From Eledone cirrhosa (lineage: Eukaryota): a stretch of 64,000 nucleotides of DNA. The stretch spans positions 23,188,001 to 23,252,000 of the forward strand of contig OZ024765.1 in the NCBI GenBank assembly GCA_964016885.1. Reading direction: 5' to 3'. The translations under genes were made by a program, and so were the position numbers. The notes beneath the pieces were generated by a model that ran no database searches, was not told the DNA's origin, and saw only the letters and a program-made list of their open reading frames with translations. This document shows, piece after piece, positions 16,132 through 34,859 of the stretch (position 1 is the first letter of the stretch; the number at the start of each line of letters is the position of its first letter).

Positions 16132-17645
16132 TATATTTAGTTTGATTTATATTTATATGAGAACTAGCCGATAAATCTTTTGATTCCTAAATCTTTGATT
16201 CCCTCGTTTTACTCTTTTTATTGTTTATTTTATTTTATTTATTTTTATTTTTTATCTAAACATTCCTCATGAAAAATTAAGCTACCCTAAAAGCCGATGC
16301 TCCAAAAATTTTTTGAATTAACCTTACACTAGATAAACTTCTATATTAAACATAGGAACATATGTAGACATTATTGGACATCATAATCTTTTTTACGATA
16401 TTCTTTGCTAGATGTGATTTGATAGATAATTTTTGCTTTGTCTTGTAGTGAACTTGGCAATATATTGTCAATTAACTTTGAAGGGTTGTTTTTTGTGGTT
16501 TATTTTTATTTTTATTTTTATTTTCATTTTTATTTTTATTTTTACTTTTATTCTTTTAGTATTGTAGTATTCTATAATATTTTTATTTTAATTTTATTTT
16601 TTTAATATTTTTATATATTTTTATATGTAAATTTTTATATGTAAATTTTTATATGTATATTTTTATATGTAAATTTTTATATGTAAATCTTTAACACGTA
16701 ATATTTTTTAATACGTAGTATTTTTAATATGCAATATTTTTATTATGTAATATTCTTTCGTAATATTTTGTTAGTTTTCTATTCTATATTTTTATATATT
16801 TTTACTTATTATTATTATTATTGTTATCTTTGTTTATAATATAATATATATTTTCGATTAGTATATTGAAATCTGCTCTCTATTTCTGCTTGATAGATAA
16901 TCTTGTAGAGTAATCGCAAGAATAATAATACGCTCAAATTTTTATACCACATTGAGAATGTTTTCCGATAACTTAGAGTTTGCGGAGTGAATCAGTTGGA
17001 TTCACATTGAGATTTGTAGCTGTCACATAGACATGTGAATTTTTAAAACTAAACATAAGATAATGAATTTTCACACATTGTGAATACTTGTTTCATTCAG
17101 GAATACTGATATTTACAGTGTAGTGTAAGTTTTATAAATACTAATACATTAAAACATAGGGTTTTCTACGCCTCGAATATGTCTGGATATTTTAAAATTT
17201 TTTTTTTTTCTCTCTCTATATCTCTCTATATCTCTCTATATATCTCCCTTACATTAATACTTGAGCTAAATAAATAAATAAATAAATGTATCATTGATAC
17301 ACTTACTCAAAATGACCTACCACTACCTAATTTTCTATATATATATATGTATCTATCTCTATTTCCTCTCTCTCTATATATATATATATCTTTCTGTCTC
17401 TTTACATGAAGCTCTTCACTTTATCTATTTTTCCATCTCTCTATTTTGTTCCATGCATTTCTTCTTTTTCTTTTTCTTCTTTTTCTTCCTTTTCTTCGTT
17501 TTGTCTTTCTTTCTTTCGTTTTTCCCTCTTTTCTTTCTCTCTTTCTTTCTCTCTGTATTTTCACTGCTAGCGTAAACCTCTTCAAATGAAGTTGAAGTTT
17601 ATTACGGTATGTCGAATATATTTATCTATAAAACTGTTTATATTG

Positions 17646-17711
17646 TATTTTGTCTGATGAAGGCATAGCATATTGTTAATATGATATCCCCGAAATATAT
17701 ATAATGAAATA
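17646..17711 (+). ncRNA. Type I hammerhead ribozyme in PLE pseudo-LTR
   Basis: TATTTTGT-CTGATGA-aGG..catatt/aatatg..CCc-GAAA-TATATA-TA-ATGAAATA; stem I of 8 bp with two GU pairs; palindromic stem III. Confidence 0.7.
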
Positions 17712-17839
17712 AATATGGTTTTATAAATATAGTTTTCCATTTATTTAATATTGCAAATATACTCCAAATATTTGTCGAGTGCTTTTATATCAGTTATAAA
17801 TATTTACTAGTTGTAACCCAACAATTTTAAATATAACTT

Positions 17840-17881
<42 letters not shown>

Positions 17882-18378
17882 CAAACATAAATTATCGAGA
17901 TTCGCATTTCGGCCCACGAAATAACGAAAAACAACCTCCGAGATGTGAGGCAAGTGCTCAATGATTCAGATGAACCAGAGCTATAACAAACGTTAAAGGC
18001 CAAACACACTGAGACGATGGTTAAACGATCATTCGCATAGCCAAAAAAACGATCCAATAATTCGGGTATTGAAAATTTACCCGGACCCCTGGAAGGTTGG
18101 TAAAATCCAGTATATGGGTTTCTGTGGCTCCTATATCAAGTACCGTCCGCTTACATAAATAATGTCAGGCGTCTGGTAAGATGATTGAACAAGGAAGCCA
18201 CTTTCTCAACAGGTTTTAGTTCAATGTTAATACAAGGACTGACTATTGCTGACTACACGTGGGGATCGGCAAGGGAGGCAACCCCTATATCAGGCGAATA
18301 AATTCAGTTGTGTATATTTTTGCAAGAATGCAAAAACATCACAAATTGAATAGAGTTCTCAACAGAAGGGTTAAAATT

Positions 18379-18411
<33 letters not shown>

Positions 18412-18525
18412 ATAAATGGAAAAAATGAAATTTCATTTCTCACTCTTAGTACGGCTGATACTTAAATATAAGTATGTATACGTACATACATATATGTATA
18501 CAGACGTACAGTAGTATGTATAATC

Positions 18526-19370
18526 GGGAAGTGGCCATGCGCAGAGTGTAGGAAAGGCGTAGGTAGAAATTCCATTTTGTGTCCCAAATGCAAAGTTTGG
18601 GTTCATAAAAGATGTAGTGGGATCACAGGTAAGCTAACTAAGAACATAGATTTTACATGTGGCCGGTGTTCTGGGGCAATAAGTAGCGGCAAGTGCCCAC
18701 AAAATACTAGCTCTTTCAACTGCGCAGAGGGTTCTATAGAAATAGTGGACAGCTTCCGTTACCTGGGTGACAAAATCAGCAGTGGGGGAGGGTGCTCTGA
18801 AAGTACAGTAGCTAGAGTCAGAACTGGGTGGAAAAAGTTCAGAGAGCTTATACCGCTATTAGCCGCTAAAGGGTTCTCCCTAAAAATGAAAGGCAGGTTA
18901 TACGATGCCTGCATACGAACAGCAATGTTGCATGGCAGTGAGACCTGGGCATTGTGTGCAGAGGATATACGCAGACTAGAGAGAAACGAAGCTTGCATGC
19001 TCCGCTGGATGTGTAATAGTAATATACGTGAACGACAAAGCATAAACGAACTAAGGAAAAAATTAGAAATAAGAGGGATCAGATGTTGTTTACTAGAGAG
19101 AAGGCTACGTTGGTATGGTCACGTGATGCGCATGAAGGACGATAGCTGTATAACAAAGTGCAGGGCAATAAAGATAGACGGTAGCCACGGAATAGGCAGA
19201 CCCAGAAAAACCTGGGACGAGCTGATAAACTCCGACCTCACGCACTTACACCTCACCAAGACAATGTCACTGGACCGAGACCTTTGGCGGTACTCAGTAA
19301 TAGAGAAGACCCGCCTTACCTAAGTATAAAGTAAAACCTACTACAGTCAGTAGGCATCTCTAACAAAATA
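18526..19370 (+). mobile_element. RTE family A fragment (PHD to stop), 3' UTR replaced
   Basis: ORF 18577..19323 nearly identical to the C-terminal part of 5871-7898. Confidence 0.9.
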
Positions 19371-19446
19371 GCCCGAATTACGCCGTACAGGCAACCATAA
19401 GGAAAGTATATACTTTCAAACGTTCAATCGATTGACAGGAAGGTAT

Positions 19447-19489
19447 ACGGTGCTGATGACAGCTAATAAGCTAGAAACTAGTTCATCGT
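19447..19489 (+). ncRNA. Minimal type I hammerhead ribozyme
   Basis: ACGGTG-CTGATGA-c-AGCT-aata-AGCT-a-GAAAC-ta-GTT-CATCGT; stem I extends through tgaca/tgtca and gttcaat/gttgaac. Confidence 0.75.
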
Positions 19490-19819
19490 TCCTTTGTCAG
19501 TGTTGAACAAAAGGGCAACGATGGTTGCCGAACACTGTATGGCTTAATTCGGGCTATTTGTTTACAAACAAACCGAATATTGTAATAAATGTTCGGTAAA
19601 CCCATACGTACGTACATATATATATATGTGTACATGTATGTATGATTATACATACTACTGTACGTCTGTATACATATATGTATGTACGTATGCATACTTA
19701 TATTTAAGTATCAGCCGTACTAAGAGTGAGAAATGAAATTTCATTTTTCCATTTATCGTTTTTCGGTTCGCCCTGCCGACTGGAAGATGGACGTTAAACA
19801 ATGATGATGATGATGATGA

Positions 19820-27840
<8,021 letters not shown>

Positions 27841-27914
27841 TACATTATGAAGAGAGAAGAAACATTTAGATATAATTAGTAATAAAATGTATCATACCTA
27901 AACTGTTCCTAAAT

Positions 27915-28002
27915 TCCTCGACTACGTAGTTTCGTGGCATAAACAAAAACAATATATCAAAGATATAGAGTCCTTGCGAGGTCTGCCGACTTATCAAGAG
28001 GA
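27915..28002 (-). ncRNA. Type I hammerhead ribozyme, U3-A8 core variant (copy 1)
   Basis: Minus strand: TCCTC-TTGATAA-GTcGGCA..TGCCAC-GAA-ACTACGTAGT-C-GAGGA. Confidence 0.78.
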
Positions 28003-28502
28003 TACCTCATTTTACTAGTCTCAAGAACGCGTCTACACGACGTGAGAAAGAATCCCAAAAGGCGGAGGGGGAGATAGTCACGCGATATAACGGTCGAGAA
28101 ACAGAGCTAAGCCTCTTATAACCACGAAGAAAATACCACGGAGGCGGAGGGGGTATTCATATCGAGGCCGCAGAAGAGGTAGTGAAGAAGGCGAGAAGTA
28201 TGAGTAATGGAAGCTTTCCAGTTGTCCCCACACTTCAAAGATTGCTCGACCAGAGGGAGTTAATATATTTAGAAACACACAGATACATGCGGACACACAC
28301 ATATATACATGAATGCATCCGCACCCAACTGTGAGTTAAGGGTGCCAACTTCACCGATGTTGCTCAATGAATGACTGGGACAGACCAATTCAGTTTGAAC
28401 CGGACTGAACCAGTATCAGAGTTAAAAATACATTATGAAGAGAGAAGAAACATTTAGATATAATTAGTAATAAAATGTATCATACCTAAACTGTTCCTAA
28501 AT

Positions 28503-28590
28503 TCCTCGACTACGTAGTTTCGTGGCATAAACAAAAACAATATATCAAAGATATAGAGTCCTTGCGAGGTCTGCCGACTTATCAAGAGGA
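28503..28590 (-). ncRNA. Type I hammerhead ribozyme, U3-A8 core variant (copy 2)
   Basis: Identical motif 588 bp from copy 1. Confidence 0.78.
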
Positions 28591-29068
28591 TACCTCATTT
28601 TACTAGTCTCAAGAACGCGTCTACACGACGTGAGAAAGAATCCCAAAAGGCGGAGGGGGAGATAGTCACGCGATATAACGGTCGAGAAACAGAGCTAAGC
28701 CTCTTATAACCGCGAAGAAAATACCACGGAGGCGGAGGGGGTATTCATATCGAGGCCGCAGAAGAGGTAGTGAAGAAGGCGAGAAGTATGAGTAATGGAA
28801 GCTTTCCAGTTGTCCCCACACTTCAAAGATTGCTCGACCAGAGGGAGTTAATATATTTAGAAACACACAGATACATGCGGACACACACATATATACATGA
28901 ATGCATCCGCACCCAACTGTGAGTTAAGGGTGCCAACTTCGCCGATGTTGCTCAATGAATGACTGGGACAGACCAATTCAGTTTGAACCGGACCGAACCA
29001 GTATCAGAGTTAAAAATACATTATGAAGAGAGAAGAAACATTTAGATATAATTAGTAATAAAATGTAT

Positions 29069-29135
29069 ATATATATGTATATATGTATATATATATATAT
29101 GTATATATGTATATATATATATATATGTATATATG

Positions 29136-29184
<49 letters not shown>

Positions 29185-29263
29185 ATATATGTATATATAT
29201 ATATATGTATATATATGTATATATATATATATGTATATATGTATATATATATATGTATATATG

Positions 29264-29354
<91 letters not shown>

Positions 29355-29573
29355 ATATATATATGTATATATGTATATATGTATATATATATATGTATAT
29401 ATATATATATGTATATATATAGATATGTATATATATAGATATGTATATATATAGATATGTATATATATATATATGTATATATATATGTATATATATGTAT
29501 ATATGTATATATATATGTATATATGTATATATATATATATATGTATATATGTGTATATATATGTATATATGTG

Positions 29574-29606
<33 letters not shown>

Positions 29607-29637
29607 GTATATATATGTATACATATATATATATGTG

Positions 29638-29686
<49 letters not shown>

Positions 29687-29692
29687 GTATAC

Positions 29693-29736
<44 letters not shown>

Positions 29737-29757
29737 GTATACATATATATATATGTG

Positions 29758-29792
<35 letters not shown>

Positions 29793-29795
29793 GTG

Positions 29796-29831
<36 letters not shown>

Positions 29832-30050
29832 TGTATATATATGTATACATATATATATATGTATATATATATATGTATATATATATGTATACATATATAT
29901 ATATGTGTATATATATATATATATATGTGTATATATATATATATGTGTATATATATATATATATATGTGTATATATATGTATACATATATATATATGTGT
30001 ATATATATATGTATATATATATGTATACATATATATATATGTGTATATAT

Positions 30051-30128
<78 letters not shown>

Positions 30129-30502
30129 GTATATGTATATATATATGTATATATATATATATGTATATATATATGTATACATATATATATATGTGTATAT
30201 ATATATGTGTATATATATATGTATATATATATATATATGTATATATATATGTATACATATATATATATGTGTATATATATATATATATGTATATATATAT
30301 GTATACATATATATATATGTGTATATATATATATATATGTATATGTATATATGTATATGTATATATATGTATATATATGTATACATATATATATATGTAT
30401 ATATATATATATATGTATATGTATATGTATATATATGTATATATATGTATATATATATATATATGTATATGTATATGTATATATATGTATATATATGTAT
30501 AC

Positions 30503-30546
<44 letters not shown>

Positions 30547-30654
30547 GTATACATATATATATATGTATATATATATATATATGTATATATATATGTATAT
30601 ATATATATATATGTATATATATATGTATACATATATATATATGTGTATATATAT

Positions 30655-30704
<50 letters not shown>

Positions 30705-30785
30705 GTATACATATATATATATGTGTGTGTATATATGTATACATATATATGTGTATATATATGTATATATATGTATACATATATA

Positions 30786-30861
<76 letters not shown>
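29069..30861. repeat. (TA)n/(TATG)/(TACA) microsatellite
   Basis: Direct reading. Confidence 0.95.
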
Positions 30862-30862
<1 letters not shown>

Positions 30863-32573
30863 CTTCCACGCTAGCATGGGTCTGGATGGGAATTGTCCCA
30901 CTTGAGGCAAGATTGGTTGTCTTGCTTGTTCAGGACTGTCTGGCGGGTTTTCTACGGCTGGATGCCCTTCCTAACACCAACCACATTTACAGTGTGGGGC
31001 TGGGAGGTTTTTACCGTGTTACCTACACGGCCACATTACAGCGTGGACTGTGTGTTTTTTGTCATGACACCTACACGACCTCATTTGTTTCGGGCTGGAT
31101 GTTGTGGGACCAACATAACTTTACATCGAAAGGGGTGGTGTAGATGGGGATGGGGGTGTATATTTGGTTAAGAGGTGCCTACTGACTGTAGGTTTCGCTT
31201 TGTACTTAGGCAAGTCGGGTGTTCTGTATTACTCCGTAGCGCCAAAGATCTCCGTCCAGTGACATTGTCTTGGAGAGGTGTAAGTGTGTGAGGTCGGAAT
31301 TTATCAAGTCGTCCCGGTTTTTCTGGGTCTGCCTACTCTGTAGCTACCGTCTATTTTGATCGTCCTGCACTTTTTTATACAGCTGTCGTCTTTCATGCGC
31401 ATCACGTGACCATACCAACGTAGTCTTCTCTAGAGTAAACAGCATCTGATCCCGCTTATTCCTAATTTCTCACTTAGTTCATTTATGCTTTGCCGTTCAC
31501 ATATATTTCTATTACACATCCAATGGAGCATGCAAGCTTCATTCCTCTCCAGTCTGCACAGATCCTCTGCGCACAATGCCCAGGTCTCACTGCCATGTAA
31601 CATTGCTGTTCGTATGCAGGCATCATACAGCCTGCCTTTCATTTTTAGAGAGAAACCTTTAGCGTCCAATAGTGGTATAAGCTCTCTGAACTTTTTCCAT
31701 CCCGTTCTGACTCTAGCTACAGCACTTTCAGAGCACCCTCCCCCACTGCTGATTTTGTCACCCAAGTAACGGAAGGTGTCCACTATTTCTATAGAACCAT
31801 CTGGGCAATGGAATGAGCTAGTATTCTGTGGGCATTTGCTGCTACTTATTGCACCTGAGCACCGGCCACATATAAAATCTATATTCTTAGTTAGCTTACC
31901 TGTGATCCCACTACTGTACATCCTTTATGTACCCATAGTTTGCATTTGGGACATAAAATGGAGTTTCTGCCTACTCCTTTCCTACACACTGAGCATAGCC
32001 ATTTCGCAGATGGGACCAGTGCCCTATTTTCCTTCCTACATACTAGAACTTTAGTCTTAGACAAGTTAATTTTAAGGCCTTTTGATTCTAGGCCATGCTT
32101 CCATGTTTGGAATTTCTTCTCTAGTTCAGCCATTGATTCAGCTATGAGCGTTAGATCATCTGCGTATAGGAGTTCCCATGGGAAGCCGGTCTTGAACTCC
32201 TCTGTTATAGCCTGGAGGGCGATAATAAATAGGAGGGGGCTAAGGACAGAGCCCTGATGAACACCAATTTTTACGCTAAACTCTTCACTATATTAGTTGT
32301 TAATTCTAACCTTGCTGACTGTTTCTTTATACATGGCTTGTATAGCTCTCACGAGCCATTCATCAACACCTAGTTTTCTGAGAGCCCACCAGATAATGGG
32401 GCGTGGACTCTGTCAAAGGCTTTCTCCAAGTCAACAAAAGCTAAGTATAGGGGTTTACTTTTAGCTAGGTACTTACTTCTCCCGTAGTTGTCATACAATG
32501 AAAAGAGCGTCTGTGGTACTTTTACCTGACACAAACCCGAACTGCATTTCATCTAGATCAATTCGCTCTCTGA

Positions 32574-32576
<3 letters not shown>
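30862..32576 (-). mobile_element. RTE family A copy, truncated and frameshifted
   Basis: ORF pieces 32370-32552, 31891-32133 and 31430-31921, plus family A 3' UTR. Confidence 0.92.
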
Positions 32577-32615
<39 letters not shown>

Positions 32616-32620
32616 TATAT

Positions 32621-32968
32621 GGAGGCACATAGCTTAGTGGTTAGAGCATTGGCCTTGCAATCGAAAGGTTGTGAGTTCAATTCTCAGACTGGGTGATGTG
32701 TTGTTTCCTTGAGCAAGACACTTTATTTCACATTGCTTCAGTTTACTCAGCTGTAGAAATGAGATGATAGGGACTGGGGTCCCTATCATTCCACTGCAAA
32801 GTGGACGTCTAGGCGCCACGGCAAAAAAGCACCCAGCACTCACTGTAAATGAGGTTGGTGTTAGGAAGGGCATCCAGCTGTAGAACTCAAGCCAGAATCA
32901 GTTCCCGTCCCACCCTTGCAAGCAGGGAAAAGTGGACGTATGATGATGATGATGATGAATGATGATGA
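32621..32968 (+). mobile_element. Full-length tRNA-headed CORE-type SINE with RTE-derived tail
   Basis: A box tagcttagtgg, B box gttcaattc, CORE-like block, tail cccttgcaagcagggaaaagtggacgta(tga)n. Confidence 0.85.
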
Positions 32969-33067
32969 TATATATTCATATATATATATATATATAAGTA
33001 CGTTATTCCGGGTTGAATCGGAGGTAACCACAGTAAGTAAGGTACTCAATACATTGCAGAGTATAAA

Positions 33068-33234
33068 AGTTTTAATATAGATGAGATTCTACAGGACTAG
33101 AACTGTTTCATTCTTTAGAAATCATCAGGAATCTGGGTATCAAAAAATACCATATTTATTTTTTGATACCCAGATTCCTGATGATTTCTAAAGAATGAAA
33201 CAGTTCTAGTCCTGTAGAATCTCATCTATATTAA

Positions 33235-33238
<4 letters not shown>
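33068..33238. repeat. Perfect 82-bp-arm palindrome (7-nt loop) containing mirror-image HHRs; probable PLE pLTR remnant
   Basis: 33068-33149 is the reverse complement of 33157-33238. Confidence 0.9.
33172..33222 (+). ncRNA. Type I hammerhead ribozyme (mirror copy at 33084-33134 on the minus strand)
   Basis: AGATTC-CTGATGA-tTTC-taaa-GAAt-GAA-ACAG-ttctagtc-CTGT-A-GAATCT. Confidence 0.75.
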
Positions 33239-33271
<33 letters not shown>

Positions 33272-33272
<1 letters not shown>

Positions 33273-33573
33273 TTTCTTTCTAATCTACGCAAGTCTTCTA
33301 CAGACAGCGCCCAGGTCTCACTACCATGTAACATTGCTGTTCGTATACACGCATCATACAGTCTGCCTTTCATTTTGAGGGAAAAGCCTTTTGCAGCTAA
33401 CAGTAGCTCCCTGAACTTCTTTGAACCCGTTCTTACCCTAGTTATGCAGACGCTGTCTACTGTTTCTACAGGGTCCTCCCAGAGTTTGGTGGTGCTTATT
33501 TCCTGCTTACTGTCCAGGTGAAACTGCTACATGTAAAACCTACATTGTTAACTAAACTTCCTGAGATCCCACT
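33272..33573 (-). mobile_element. Degraded internal RTE fragment related to family A
   Basis: Minus strand reads KGFSLKMKGRLYDACIRTAMLHGSETWALS. Confidence 0.75.
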
Positions 33574-33613
33574 ATATATATATATATATATATATATAAT
33601 GTGTGTGTGTATG

Positions 33614-33644
<31 letters not shown>

Positions 33645-33647
33645 ATG

Positions 33648-33738
<91 letters not shown>

Positions 33739-33783
33739 ATGTATATATATATATGTGTGTGTGTGTGTATGTATATATATATA

Positions 33784-33816
<33 letters not shown>

Positions 33817-33887
33817 GTATATGTGTGTATGTATATATATATATATATGTGTGTATGTATATATATATATATATGTGTGTGTGTATG

Positions 33888-33920
<33 letters not shown>

Positions 33921-33953
33921 ATGTATATATATATATATGTGTGTGTGTGTATG

Positions 33954-33986
<33 letters not shown>

Positions 33987-33989
33987 ATG

Positions 33990-34022
<33 letters not shown>

Positions 34023-34025
34023 ATG

Positions 34026-34085
<60 letters not shown>

Positions 34086-34103
34086 CGTGTGTTTGTGTGT
34101 ATG

Positions 34104-34172
<69 letters not shown>

Positions 34173-34195
34173 ATATATATATATATATATATATG
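33574..34195. repeat. (TA)n(TG)n compound microsatellite
   Basis: Direct reading. Confidence 0.9.
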
Positions 34196-34197
34196 AT

Positions 34198-34503
34198 GGA
34201 GGTACATGGCTTAGTGGTTAGAGCATTGGGTTTGCAATCGAAAGGTTGTGAATTCAATTCTCAGACCGGGTGATGTGTTGTGTCCTTATCATTCTACTGC
34301 AGAGTGGTCGTGGAGGTGCTACGGCAAAAAAAGCACCCAGCCCACACTGTAAAGTGGACGTGTAGGCGCCACAGAAAGAAAGCACCCAGCACTCACTGTA
34401 AATGAGGTTGGTGTTAGGAAGGGCATCCAGCCGTAGAAATCAAGCCAGAATCAGTTCCCATCCCACCCTTGCAAGCAGGGAAAAGCGGACGTAAAATGAT
34501 GAT
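34198..34503 (+). mobile_element. SINE of the same family with the CORE block deleted
   Basis: Same head and tail as 32621; jumps from gtgtcc to tatcatt. Confidence 0.8.
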
Positions 34504-34859
34504 AAATAATGATATATGAAAAAGATATTAATTTTAACAAAACAATATAAAAAATTGGAAACACAAGTGTAGAAGTTAAAACAGCTCAAAATACAGTAAT
34601 TTATTATAATAAACAGTACAAACGGCTGCTTCAAACTTCCTGGAAAGACTTTTGTCAAACAAGCATGTATACAAAATCCTATTGTGTTAAAAATAATAAT
34701 TACTCATGAAGCAAATTATTCATTAAAGTAATTACCAAATATGTTTTTACATTAAATATTGATTTACAAACTTTTTGTCCCTTATTTGGACTTATATATA
34801 TATAAGAAAGTAAGTTTTTTATAAATTGTCCCACACAGATAAAAATATAAAGAAAAGAA

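Larger units (their letters stand above)
14259..17845 (+). mobile_element. Penelope-like retroelement, 5'-truncated, with inverted pseudo-LTR
   Basis: RT-GIY-YIG ORF; 14259-14952 is the reverse complement of 17063-17753; HHR in the repeat; flanked by (TA)n. Confidence 0.88.
27841..29068 (-). mobile_element. 588-bp tandem unit x2.09 carrying an HHR: candidate non-autonomous retrozyme
   Basis: Units start at 27841, 28429 and 29017 (52-bp partial); three differences seen between full copies; one HHR per unit. Confidence 0.75.

Noticed and set aside
16260-16322. Possible SECIS (ATGA..AA..GA) after the PLE ORF, since some Naiads encode selenoproteins
   Set aside because: Helix II pairs for only ~6 bp and the retained ORF has no in-frame TGA; would need SECISearch and a full-length copy
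28078-28302. 74-aa ORF in the 588-bp unit
   Set aside because: Starts in a TG microsatellite and has no recognisable motif; duplicated only because the unit is duplicated
27841-29068. LTR pair of a TRIM/LTR element
   Set aside because: Copies are directly abutting with a partial third copy; no internal PBS/PPT and no TG..CA ends
32621-32700. tRNA gene (Cys-like)
   Set aside because: No acceptor stem; continues into a SINE body; similar heads at 13051 and 34198
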